DNA of 64,000 nucleotides. Origin: the human T2T-CHM13v2.0 reference genome, Homo sapiens. The translations under genes were made by a program, and so were the position numbers. Under the pieces are notes generated by a model. That model made no database searches. It saw only the letters and a list, made by a program, of their open reading frames with translations, and was not told where the DNA came from. Location of the stretch: the NCBI GenBank assembly GCA_009914755.4, contig CP068257.2, positions 29,216,001 to 29,280,000 on the forward strand. Reading direction: 5' to 3'. Shown here piece by piece: positions 29,216-40,440 of this stretch (its first letter is position 1; every line of letters begins with the position of its first letter).

Positions 29216-31607
29216 GGGACATTGAGATAATGTCCCGAAGACAATGGCCAAGAGATTTCAGTCTGGAATGGAGAAAAGTTCTGGAAATAGTGACATGATA
29301 TTGTGAATTTACTTAATGCCACTGAATTGTACACTTGAAAATACTTAAAATGACAACTTTTATGCTACATATATATTTTACCATGATAAAAAAAATTTTA
29401 ATTAGATTTAAGTTGTTATCATCACTAGAGTATAAATGTTCTCTGTGTCCTCAAACTTTCTATAAAGTGTTAGAAACACAAATGCCTTGTGTAAGTGGAT
29501 CTTAGTGAAAATCATGGAAAGGAAGTGTAAATATCTGAATCACGGTAGTCTAAACAGAAGCCAACCATAACATAGGAAGAAAATTCATGAAATGAACTAA
29601 TTCTTCTCAAGTAGAAGCTCAGAGCCCAAGAAGGTAAGAAAAAAGTTAGACATCTTTCCCCAACCTGTCTACTCTCAGATTCCTCGGAGATGTTGGGAGC
29701 AGCCAAGACTTCCACCAAACAGCAAAAGGAGATAAGAGAGCTATTTTTGTTTCAATGTTAAATGACAGGATGGCTCAGCTGATACTTGGGTTACATGTGT
29801 ATTATCTCAATTTACTCCTGAAAACAAAGGTGTAAGATGCTACCATTATCTCCGGTTCACACACAAATGAGCTAACTAAGGCTCAGAAACGTCGACAAAC
29901 CTGCATCCAAGTGGCAGAACCAGGAAAAGTTACGCTCCTTCCCTGGAGCTATGAGATATTGGATACAAATTGCATTTCTAGGCTGTAAATGAAGAGAAAG
30001 AAATCATCACTGCCCTGTCTTTTAAAGGACTGTTCTCAAAAACAAACTTTGAAACTTTACAATTTATTATGTAATAAGGCAAAGAATGGAGAGAACTTCC
30101 AAAGTTCAAGTACAAATAGAATAGCTCTAATAGCAAAGAAGATGATTCCCAAAACAGAAATGAAGGCAAGAAAATAGCTTTGCAAGACAGCTACCACAGC
30201 CTTAAATGTTCACATTGTCACAATAAATAGCCCAGGCAAAAGCTTGCTCATATCTAACCATAAAGGCTATGTTCTTATATATTATTAATATAGAAATGTT
30301 ATCTATTAGAGCCAAGTAACCATCTAAATAAAAAGATAAAGAAGGTACCTCTGTCTTTATATTTTTTATTGAAATCTAGAAAGCTGAAAGTTAAAAAAAA
30401 TTAATCTGTCATCTTCTTAAAAAGTGGGAATTTTCCAAATTATATGTGAAGTGACTAAAATAAACAACAAATGAGAATCATGTAATAACAGTTTTGAAAG
30501 GGCAATGTAGAGTTCCCCTAGTGATTTCTATTTTAAAATAAATCAGAGCATTTCCAAAAGCCAGAGTGCTTATTTTAAAAAGAGAGGGCATGAAACTAAT
30601 ATAGACTAAAAACCATGTCTTGCTTTGTTGAGATATTACCATGAGCCATGCATACTAACATAATCCAATTAGGGGAATCCTAAGAGTAGAGCCATCAATG
30701 GGAAAAATTAAAAATATTGCATCTATATGGAAATCATCTATATATTTCACCTCTGAAAAACCATCAGAGAAATAAGAAATCCATTTTGCACTGACAACAC
30801 AGAGTGAGATCAAATTCTCCACAAGACACCAGCATTTCTGTTATGAAAAAAGACACCCATTGTTGATGGCATGTGTACCTCATATGTCTCCATTTTGTGT
30901 AAAAATCATCTGCTTTTGTATCTCCTTGAGCAACTCTGAAAAGAAAATCAAGATGTTTTTCTGGACAGAACAAATGAGAAGGGCAAAAGCAAACCAGTTG
31001 GTAGCCAGTCTTCACTTCCTTAAAAAAAAAAAAAAATGGCAAAAGGACTTAGCATGTCAACCTCCACCTATCCAGATGGTTTGATTTATTTAGTACACGA
31101 GTTCCAGGGAAGAACGAGCAAGAAGTATGACTAAGTATTAATATAAGCCAACAGGTTTTTAAGCTTCTTTTTAAGTCTCTCCTGCCCAGATTTACTAAAA
31201 CACAGAGCTTTAATTTTCTCAGGGCTCTGACTCGAACAGTCAATTGGTATCCCTCGTTGGCAGATTCTACTAATCCACTACCATGAGTGAGGTGGGTATA
31301 AAGCTAGAGCCACTCTTTTGATGTGATTAATTTCAGGGCCTGAAAAGTGCCTTCTCTTTCTTTCTCCTTCTCCTTCCATCCCGATTGATCATGGAGGAAT
31401 CTTTTCCAAAGGTTTCTACTGTGATCCTCTAACTAAATAAGACTCAGCACTTCTCAGTGATCCCACTGCTCCCTTCCCTGCACATCTTTCTGAAATACCT
31501 GGTTTTCTGGGTAACTTTTCTTTTTCCTAAATGTAAGTTATTCCATGTGCCCCTAGAAATGGAAGGAGACGTAGAAGACAAGTTACTCCTAGAAATCTCA
31601 TAGCCCT

Positions 31608-31921
<314 letters not shown>

Positions 31922-32094
31922 TCATAGCCCTTACTTCACCGCACAGCTGAAGACTCTCTCTGAACAAGTAAAATATAAGATAATCCTTGGTTTGGTCACA
32001 GGGCATAATGATTAAGCCCATATTCTAGGCTCAGGAAAAAAAAAATCAGACCCTGATCAGCAAAGACTCTTGCAAACAAGGAGCTCTGTTGAGA

Positions 32095-32368
32095 AAACTA
32101 AATACCACCTGTTCTCACTAATAAGTAGGAGCTAAACATTAGGTACACGTGGACATAAAGATAAAAACAATAGACACTGGCAACTGGAAGAGCGGGGAGT
32201 GAGGAAGAGGAAAAGGGTTGGAAAACTACCTATTGGGTACTATGTTCAATACCTGACAGATGGGTTCAATCATACCCCAAACCTCAGCATCACACAGTAT
32301 ACCCCTGTAGCAAACCTGCACATGTACCCCGCAAAAACTAAATTAAAAGTTGAAATGTTTAAAAAAGA
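32095..32368 (+). mobile_element. Old L1 3'-end fragment (plus orientation)
   Basis: gttctcactaataagtaggagctaaacattaggtacacgtggacataaag...ggttggaaaactacctattgggtactatgttcaatacctgacagatgggttcaatcataccccaaacctcagcatcacacagtatacccctgtagcaaacctgcacatgtaccccgcaaaaactaaattaaaagttgaaatgtttaaaaaag resembles the terminal L1 3' UTR. Confidence 0.8.
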
Positions 32369-32409
32369 ATTCTGCTGAGACATACATTTGCAATGCCAAC
32401 TAATGCAGG

Positions 32410-32415
32410 TTTATT
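32410..32415 (-). terminator. KRTAP11-1: Polyadenylation signal AATAAA (minus strand) for the KRTAP11-1 transcript
   Basis: Plus-strand tttatt at 32410-32415 is the first AATAAA/ATTAAA on the minus strand downstream of the stop at 32776. It predicts a 3' UTR of about 380 nt with cleavage near 32385-32395. Confidence 0.6.
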
Positions 32416-32775
32416 GAGAAATACATGGTGAGACAAGCTCTGTTTTTGTGAGACACAAAAGCAGAGGCCAGGAGATACAGCAGCAAGGTGAAAACATGTC
32501 AAAAGCATCAGAGACTGGGGTGTGGATGGTAAAGCTTCTGGACACATCCAGAGGCATACACAGCACCAGTGAGCAACCCTTAAAACAAGCTTAGGGCTGG
32601 CCAGAAAAATTTTAGAGTGCTAAAGACAGCGTGTGCATGGATAGTAGCCAGCAGTCAGGCGGTCACAAGAAGGGTCAGCTATGAAGAGCTATTCAGGGAC
32701 AAGCAGCATGCTGGAAGATCCTGGAAACAGCTGGCAGGTCGTGGAGTCTTGATTCGCTCACTGGCTCCTACACAC

Positions 32776-33267
32776 TTAGCAGGTTCTTCGGCAGCTGGAC
32801 ACGCAGGACTGCTGATACGTCCTGGAGACCCCACAGGCTGGCTGGCAGACAGTAGAGACTCCTCCCACTGGTTGGCAGACAGTAGAGATGCCGCCCACTG
32901 GTTGGCAGACACTGGAGATGCCTCCCAGGGGCTGACTTCCACTAGAGACAAAGGTGAGCGGCCGGCTGTAGGTAGTTGAGCAGGGGTTGGAAATACAGGT
33001 AGTTTGTCGAGAGCAAGTCACCTGGCAAGGGTTGGAGACACATGAAGTTCGCCGGTAACAGGTTGGCTGGCAAGCAGTGGGCTCACAGCAGGTCTCTTGA
33101 CAGTGGTCCAGGAGCCAAGAGCCAGTCTGGAAGGAACTGGGCAAACAGATGCCGCCCAGGCAGTCAGCATCAGTGGTGGAAGTCGTGGTAACTTGGGCCA
33201 CTGGAACAATGCAGCGTCCTCCAATGGGCCTGGAAGAGCAATTTCTTGTGGAGCAGTTGAAGGACAT
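32776..33267 (-). CDS. KRTAP11-1: Keratin-associated protein 11-1 (high-sulfur KAP11.1), single-exon 163-aa ORF including stop
   Basis: Minus-strand ORF: MSFNCSTRNCSSRPIGGRCIVPVAQVTTTSTTDADCLGGICLPSSFQTGSWLLDHCQETCCEPTACQPTCYRRTSCVSNPCQVTCSRQTTCISNPCSTTYSRPLTFVSSGSQPLGGISSVCQPVGGISTVCQPVGGVSTVCQPACGVSRTYQQSCVSSCRRTC. ATG (reverse complement of cat at 33265-33267) and TAA (reverse complement of tta at 32776-32778) were verified by reading. It is Cys/Ser/Thr/Pro/Gln-rich with the CQP and CxxxC motifs typical of high-sulfur KAPs, and I recognise the sequence as human KRTAP11-1. A TATA box and an AATAAA lie on the same strand. Confidence 0.88.
   Translation of the reverse strand: MSFNCSTRNCSSRPIGGRCIVPVAQVTTTSTTDADCLGGICLPSSFQTGSWLLDHCQETCCEPTACQPTCYRRTSCVSNPCQVTCSRQTTCISNPCSTTYSRPLTFVSSGSQPLGGISSVCQPVGGISTVCQPVGGVSTVCQPACGVSRTYQQSCVSSCRRTC
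32818..32937 (-). repeat. KRTAP11-1: In-frame 30-nt (decapeptide) tandem repeat x4 inside the KRTAP11-1 CDS
   Basis: Protein residues 111-150 read SQPLGGISSV / CQPVGGISTV / CQPVGGVSTV / CQPACGVSRT. Plus-strand nucleotides show 30-nt periodicity: ...ggctggcagacagtagagactcctcccact / ggttggcagacagtagagatgccgcccact / ggttggcagacactggagatgcctcccagg... Confidence 0.9.
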
Positions 33268-33342
33268 GATGTCAGACAGAGGGCTGCAGGTAGCTTGCTG
33301 AAGTTACCTCCTGAGTTGTGAATGTCACTCCAGACTCCTGAG

Positions 33343-33353
33343 CTTTTATATAT
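33343..33353 (-). promoter_or_regulatory. KRTAP11-1: TATA box (TATATAAAAG on the minus strand) of KRTAP11-1
   Basis: Plus-strand cttttatatat at 33343-33353 reads GATATATAAAAG on the minus strand, about 80 bp upstream of the ATG at 33267. That implies a TSS near 33315 and a 5' UTR of about 50 nt, typical of KRTAP genes. Confidence 0.7.
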
Positions 33354-35297
33354 CCTTGCTGGTGGGTGGGGCTCTCTCCCTGGTCTCCGTGGCTTCTTTG
33401 GCTCAGACCAGTTTGCCTTAGAACATCTTGTGAATCTACACATTAATTGTCTCTTAAGAAGCCTTCACCCTCATAAAGAAAGTTTAGTAGTTTGGTAACT
33501 AAATCACAAGTCTTCTGTACTGTACTTAGTCTGATTAAGAAGGCTGGTTGGCAGCTTCAAAGCTATTGGTCATCCCAGCCCACACGTTGTCCCTCATTCA
33601 TCTTGCTTATGATGAGTGTTGACCTGACACTCATCCTACCAAAGATGCCACCATCCTACCATCACACACTCTCTCCCTCCCTACCAGGACCAATTACAAG
33701 CCCATGCCCTGTTTCATTTGTCACTGGACTTAATATCTTTTAAACATAACTTAATCAGTCACTCTACCACACCTAATGGAGCTCCTCATTGGGAAGGTGC
33801 CTCCTTGAATATGTTTCAAGACAACAGTGACAACACTTGACAGGAACAAAGGGCACAGAGACTTGTATCCAAAGTCTGAGCTGGCTCTCAAAATTAATCA
33901 ACTGACTCAAACAAGATGCCCGTGGGAAGGCTAGAGGGCAGTGGGACCCACCCTTTATGTTCAACCAACAAAGCAAATTAGAAGCTAACTAAGTGCAACT
34001 GTATTTGTAGCCAAGACCTTTTCTAAGTAAATTGGATGAGCTTTATTCCTAAAATGTTTAATTTAATAACAGTGGATAATAGTGACTCCTGGGTCTCATT
34101 AATATGCCAGTGGAAAAGGCTTAGTTAATTTTTAAAATTATCATAATGTTAATTTGAAAGGGTACAGTGTCTTTCTCCCAATTTGTTCAATATGTTCAAA
34201 AGATATTTATTTTCACACATATAGATAGAATGCATTTTAATTATGGACAAACTAAAGGCTCTTCAAGGTCATTGTCTCCATCAGGGATAAGGGGGAGGCA
34301 GAGCTGGGGGAAGCAGGCACTTAATCAATGTTTGGTAATGAAGAGATGTGTGAAGAGTGTGCTATATTTAATTATTCTTTTTATGCTTGGGGAAGCTATA
34401 GGGATATCACTCTATTTTATTTCATCTCACTACAATATAATGAATTTTAAACACCAGAATGATGGCTCGTTTGGGTCCACCTGAACATAGATGAATAAAC
34501 TGCCTCAACTCTGGCAAAATAAGCAACTTCAACATCGCTTCAAGTGGTCAGTGGTATTTCTGTCCCAAAACAGCTGTAGCATCTGACTCATTTTTAAACT
34601 AGCTTACATGAGGGAGCGTAAGGGAATAAAATGGATTTCCATGTATTTGAGGGCTACAGGTAAGCTATGTTTTAAATATCCACAAAGCAAACAGCGTTAT
34701 GTCAGGACTCATCAGAAATCCCTAATTGGAAACTAACGACACACCCAAAGAAGAGGGTGCTGTGAGCAATAGCATGATTCCCAGATATCAGACCTCAATG
34801 TCCTGACCCTCCCTCAGTGACTCACCATGTGTTCCCAGGAACGGGGTGAAATTAATGAGATGACTACTTTCCACAATGTTGTGGCTATGCTCTTCCCACC
34901 ACAGAGGGTATCTTAGTTGGTGTTTGAAGGCCTGAGTCCTTGGCCCTAGGGCCTGGCTTGCATGTTGTAAAATGGATTACTAGTTTACAGGCTTCTCCCA
35001 GCCACAGGTTCACAGGCTACTATGGAAGAGTACTTAACTGTGGCAATTCCCAAAATCTGAAGTGAGTAGTAGAGTTACAAAGGAGAACGTTTCAGTGCCT
35101 ACTGCCACATTCCTGGAATGACAGACAATTGTATAAGTTATTACCTTGTCTTGATGTGTCTCTCCCATTGAAAGCTGGAAATTACAGATAAAAGGATCCT
35201 AGAAAATATCTTCCATCACTTCAGGAAAAAAGAAAATGAGTGTCTTTTAAGCACACAACTCTCTTCCAGGCATTGAGTTAAAGGTTTGTACAACTCA

Positions 35298-35603
35298 GCC
35301 GGGCACGGTGGCTCACGCCTGTAATCCTAGCACTTTGGGAGGCAAAGGCAGGCAGATCACGAGGTCAGGAGATCGAGATCATCCTGGCTAACATGGTGAA
35401 ACCCCGTCTCTACTAAAAATACAAAAAATTAGCCAGGCGAGGTGGTGGGCGCCTGTAGTCCCAGCTACTCGGGAGGCTAAGGCAGAAGAATGGCATGAAC
35501 CCGGGGGCGGAGCTTGCAGTGAGCCAAGATCGAGCCACTGCACTCCAGGCTGGGTGACAGAGAGAGACTCCGTCTCAAAAAAATAAATAAAATTTAAAAA
35601 AAT
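35298..35603 (+). mobile_element. Young AluY-like SINE insertion with perfect 18-bp TSD
   Basis: gccgggcacggtggctcacgcctgtaatcctagcactttgggaggc...gtcaggagatcgagatcatcctggctaacatggtgaaaccccgtctctactaaaaatacaaaaaattagccaggcgaggtggtgggcgcctgtagtcccagctactcgggaggctaaggcag...ccgtctcaaaaaaataaataaaatttaaaaaaat. Many CpGs are retained. The TSD aaaggtttgtacaactca is at 35280-35297 and 35604-35621. Confidence 0.95.
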
Positions 35604-38477
35604 AAAGGTTTGTACAACTCATCTCACTGAGTTCTTACAACAACTCTGTGGAGTAGGTATCATGTCACATACTGGAGCTGAAGTTCAGGGACCCTGGGTG
35701 GCTCGCCAAGGTCATGCAGTTTATATTTGACTAAGTTGAGATTCAACTAAAACAGAGTCTCTGAACTACCAACTCACACTGAGGATATTTAAATGTGATG
35801 AGATGCCTTCCTTCAAGTGTGAACAAGAATTTGTTATTTTTAATCAATCAATCAATACTTCATTGATGACATTATAAAGGATATAATCATTTCTCTTCTA
35901 GGTTCATCAATTGATTAACAATGGAAATAAATAAAATAGTAAGTCACAAGCACTGCTGTCCTACTTCGTATGTTTTGTTCATTCTGTATCCAATTTAACA
36001 ATTTTTAATCCTTAGAATAAGACACAAGGTCACTACAAACAAAGCAAAAAAGAATAGAGAAACATTAATAGCTTGAAGCTATAGTTTGAAATTATAATTA
36101 TGTATAATAGCTGTGCATACAACGAATTTTCAGAGCGTAGCAGATAAGTGAATTGATTTTTCAGTCTTATCCATTTTCCAGAGTCTGCCATTTTTCAGGT
36201 GCTAAATAGAGGGAAAATGTTGAGTAGATCCCTTAGATTAATTATTAAAAGAAACTTCAGCTTACATTGTGACTACAAGCAGATTATTTCTGAAGTCTTA
36301 TATTAAAATGATTTCAGAGTTTGTGAATAACATTTCTCATAAAGGTCTTGCCAACGTGAAAAATCGATACACTTCTCTGCTATTCTCTGAAAATACACCA
36401 TGCCACACAGAGGTAGGCAAGCTACTTGATACTCTCATGCATTTTATTGTCACATGCAAGCACTTTGACTCTTTATCTGCATTCACTGTATGTTGCAAAA
36501 GTAAAGAAACATGTACTGACAGTCACATAAGCTTGATGAAACTCTACACAATTTTAATTTGACAATGTTGTTCAATGAAATTAATAAATCATCCTTTCCT
36601 TGGAATGTAAGAAAAAATTACACGGCCAATTGCTGTCACTATGTAGTTAGGCACAACCTCAAACTTCAACTCAGCAAAAAGTCTTGTGAAGATTATTATT
36701 TTCATGTCTGCAGAGCGTGAAGTGAGGGGATGGGTAATAGGAGCAGATGAGGAGAGATCGAGGAACTACTACCCATTATCTTCATCACTGATGGATAATT
36801 TGCTCTCATTTGTATAGAACAATCTAAGCCTTATACAATAATTATCACAGGCTGGAAATGAGCAATTCTTTCACTCAAAACTGAATCACAGCAATCATTT
36901 ACAAGGCCAAGCATTTGAGAGTAAAATGAGCTAAGCATGTGAGGGAGGCTGGAGGTTTGATAGGCAGAAAGGATATTTTTCATCACAAATTTGATAATAA
37001 TGTTGACCAACGCCAGTTCAGAGAAAACCACTTAGCCTCATCGAATGGAGGAATAGTGAACTTGTGGAAAAATTAATATATATGAAATGAAATGCTGTCA
37101 TTCTGCACTTTTTCAGAATGATCACCCTCTCAAATTGAAGCTATTCATTGTCTCTTAAGAAATATAAAAAGGAAATTCAGAAGCTTAAGTGTAGAACTTA
37201 ATGGTTGTTTTAAAAATTAAATACATCTTGGCTGAGTTGTTCTGCTTTCTTTCCAACTTCCCACGGACCTCTGGGTTGAATCTCCAGAATCTTTATTAAC
37301 CAAGACATTATAAAGCCCTGGAGGCTCAGTGATTTGCACCACAAAATGGAACTGAAATTCATTTTCCAATCTCTTTTCAAAAAGCATCAATCATAAGAAG
37401 GGTTGAATAATTTGGGCTGGAAGGAACTCTAGGGCAGAAAGCAGAAGGTGAAAGAAACAAGCAAAGACCAGCAAAATAGTTGCTGCTTTTTGAACCCGAA
37501 AATAGCAATCACCAGCTACATGACTTGTGTAAAAATAAACCCTCAGAGGACAGTGTCAAGGTTGAAAAATTCTAAATTGAACCATTCTCTCTGTTGATGC
37601 CTGTTTTCAGATTCATGTGGTTTTTCATGTGTGTCTTCAATGCAGATCAAAATCAGGGTGCTGTCAAGAAAGGTGAGTAGAATCCCAAGTGTTTTTCAGC
37701 ACAACTAACTCCCATGTGGCAAAGCCCATGTGTCGTTGGCATGGGCTCCAGTCCTGGCCTTCCAAATAAAGAGAGGGAGACCCATTTGTAACCAGACATG
37801 AGTAATGTTTATGTACAGGGCCTAAGAGAGAAGGCACCGAGTCTCCCAAGATGTATCATCCTTCCCTGATCCAGAATTGTTCAGGGCCTACTAGGTACTC
37901 TGTGGGGTAAGGATACTGGAATCTATGTAGGAGACAGGTAAAGTGGATAGGTCTTCTCTTAACATGACTTAATTGACCTGTGCTTACGCCCTTTCAACAT
38001 AGTTCTTCTTGGTCTGATCTGCCTGTCTGGGGGATTAGGAGTGTAACATTAGGCCAGCACTATCTCAGGTTGGTAATTAGACTTCCAGTGCTGCATTTTA
38101 AATTCTTCTCATACAATTCTCTTATCTGATTGATGAGAAGCCAAGTCCGAAACAGGGAGCATCTTTGCCAAGCACATCGAACATTCTTGTGCACTACTTC
38201 GAAACTGTCTCACTTCATTTCTTACTGTAGCCTCTTTGCACACACTTAAGCCAGTTTCATGATGGTGCAGTCCCAAAGTGCTTCCTTCACTTTGAGGCAA
38301 CTCACGTGCTCCTTGCTTCCTGCTAGGTCTTCTCTGATGCCATGGCAAGGAAAGTCCATGTTAATTTTCTCTGCACTCACATATGTACCACCCAGAAGTG
38401 GGGTCAAGTGTAGGCAACAGAGAATGCAAACCAAAGGATGAAAACTCCCCACTTTTGTCCTCCAGGTAGATAATACT

Positions 38478-38838
38478 TGATATGGTTTTGTCATGTCTCC
38501 ACCCAAATCTCATCTTCAATTGTAGCTCCTGTAATTCCCATGTGTTGTGGGAGACACCCAATAGGAGATAATTGAATCATGGAGGCGGCTTCCCCTATAC
38601 TGTTGTCATGGTAGTGAATAAGTCTCACAATATCTGATGGTTTTACAAAGGGAAACCCCTTTTGCTTGGTTCTCATTCTCTCTTGTCTGCCGCCATGTAA
38701 GATGTGCTTTTGCCTTCCACCATGATTGTGAGGCCTCCACAGCCACGTGGAACTGTGAGTCCATTAAACATTTTTTTCTTTATAAATTGCTCCATCTCAG
38801 GTATGTATTTATCAGCAGCCTGAAAACGGACTAATACA
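38478..38838 (+). mobile_element. THE1/MST-type MaLR solo LTR
   Basis: tgatatggttttgtcatgtctccacccaaatctcatcttcaattgtagctcctgtaattcccatgtgttgtgggagacacccaataggagataattgaatcatggaggcggcttcccc...ctgccgccatgtaagatgtgcttttgccttccaccatgattgtgaggcctccacagccacgtggaactgtgagtccattaaaca...tcagcagcctgaaaacggactaataca matches the THE1 consensus (TGATATGGTTTGGCTGTGTCCCCACCCAAATCTCATCTTGAATTGTAGCTCCCATAATTCCCACGTGTTGTGGGAGG...CAGTGTGAGAACGGACTAATACA). Flanking atact/gtact looks like a 5-bp TSD. The ORFs 38361..38879 are artefacts. Confidence 0.85.
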
Positions 38839-39854
38839 GTACTGAAACTCACTTCAGGAAGTCCCATGGGATCACGCACAAGTTGCTTGCAATGGTGGCT
38901 GACTTGATAACACTTTCTTGTGGTTGCTTTCCCTACTCTTCTATTTCACTACCCTTGCACTGCAATCCCTGGAATAAAACACCAAAACTGTCTCAAGCTT
39001 TGCTTTTCAGGGAACTTGGGTTGAGACACCCAGATTCCAAATATTTGCTATTTGAAAGAATTAGAAATAATAACCAGGCCTTCTAATTCCCAGCTTAGGC
39101 CCCTAAGGGTACATGCATGCCTCTGTCCATGCAATCCCAAGAAAAACTTGTACACAAGCTGAGCATCCAGCAAGTGACATTTGGGTGTTTAAAGCCATTT
39201 CTGCAATGGCCAAATCAGTAACTACAAAAGTCTTGAAATGCAGCTAGATTCTTGGTAGATTGTCACATGTATTCCTAGTAATGTGGATCTACTATGCTGG
39301 TTCCTTAACATAGGCCAGTCCCTAAGAGTAACATCCAAAACATCAAAAGTTTGGCAAATATTATTGTCAGTTTCGTGTCACTGTTGTTTTCCAAAACGAA
39401 AAGATGCTTTTTAACAAAGTAAGACATGCACCTACTGTGAAATGGGAGAAAATTTTAGGTAGTAAATGGACAACTCCTTTATAGTTTTAATTAGTCATGC
39501 ATTTATTTTTAAATGTATTAATAAAATAGGGCTAGGTTATCCAAGCCATAATTTTGAGGATATTACATAAAATGAAGCTTAAGCAAGTTTTTTTAAAGTG
39601 AGTTACTATAAATAAACATAAAAGTTAATATAATATAAAAGTTAAACTAAAATAATATTTGCAATGGTGAAGATATGAAAATAATGACAAAAATTATCAA
39701 GATAAAAATCACAGCAGTGTGTTTAATAAATATTTAAATGATTTAATACAATGGTTTCATAGATACTGAATAAGTAGTTTAGTTTTTTAATTTTTCAAAA
39801 TTCACTTTATTTTAGAGAATATGATCATTTAACAATCCCCATTCACAACATTCG

Positions 39855-39882
39855 CGCACACACACACACACACACACACACT
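39855..39882. repeat. (CA)n microsatellite
   Basis: gcgcacacacacacacacacacacacacact. Confidence 0.9.
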
Positions 39883-39904
39883 CCAAGTACCCTGCTCCCT
39901 CTTC

Positions 39905-40188
39905 TGTTTATCAATTACTTTGTAACAAATCACCCCAAAACTTAGTAGCATAAAACAGCCATTTATGATGTCCATGGCTTCTGTGGCTTGGGAATTTACA
40001 CAAAGTGCAGCAGGGCAGTTCCTCTCTGCTCCAGATGGATGGGGAGCCTGCGATTGTCTGAAGTTTCATTTCTTCACATTTATGGCAGCTGACACTTGCC
40101 ACTGTGGGAATACCTATGTATGGCCTCTTTATGGGCCAGGATTTCTCCAACACTGAGGCTGGTTCCAAGAGTGAGAACCTCAAGAGGG
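39905..40188 (+). mobile_element. MaLR-type LTR fragment (same family as 12071-12660), truncated by an AT-rich simple repeat
   Basis: tttgtaacaaatcaccccaaaacttagtagcataaaacagccatttatgatgtccatggcttctgtggcttgggaatttacac...gggccaggatttctccaacactgaggctggttccaagagtgagaacctcaagagg. Confidence 0.5.
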
Positions 40189-40440
40189 TATATATTAATA
40201 TATTAATATATGCTTATATGATAAATATGTAAGTATATGATATATATCATATATAAGATACATATATATCATATATATGATAAATATATATCATATGCTT
40301 ATATGATATATAAATATATTAATATAATTAACATGTAGTATTGTGTTAATATATTTATATATAATCTATATATTAATAGAATATCTTTATAATCAATATA
40401 TAAATATATATTTATATATAAGTATATATTAATATATCAC
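40188..40440. repeat. AT-rich compound simple repeat / low-complexity block with short palindromes
   Basis: tatatattaatatattaatatatgcttatatgataaatatgtaagtatatgatatatatcatatataagatacatatatatcatatatatgataaatatatatcatatgcttatatgatatataaatatattaatat... Confidence 0.85.

Noticed and set aside
32617-33443. Plus-strand ORF 32617..32979 (HWLADSRD repeats) and minus-strand ORFs 32679..32951 and 33018..33443 overlapping KRTAP11-1
   Set aside because: They are the antisense or an alternative frame of the KRTAP11-1 CDS and its 30-nt repeats (32617..32979, 32679..32951) or its upstream region (33018..33443). The TATA and AATAAA support only the 163-aa minus-strand frame, whose product is recognisable.
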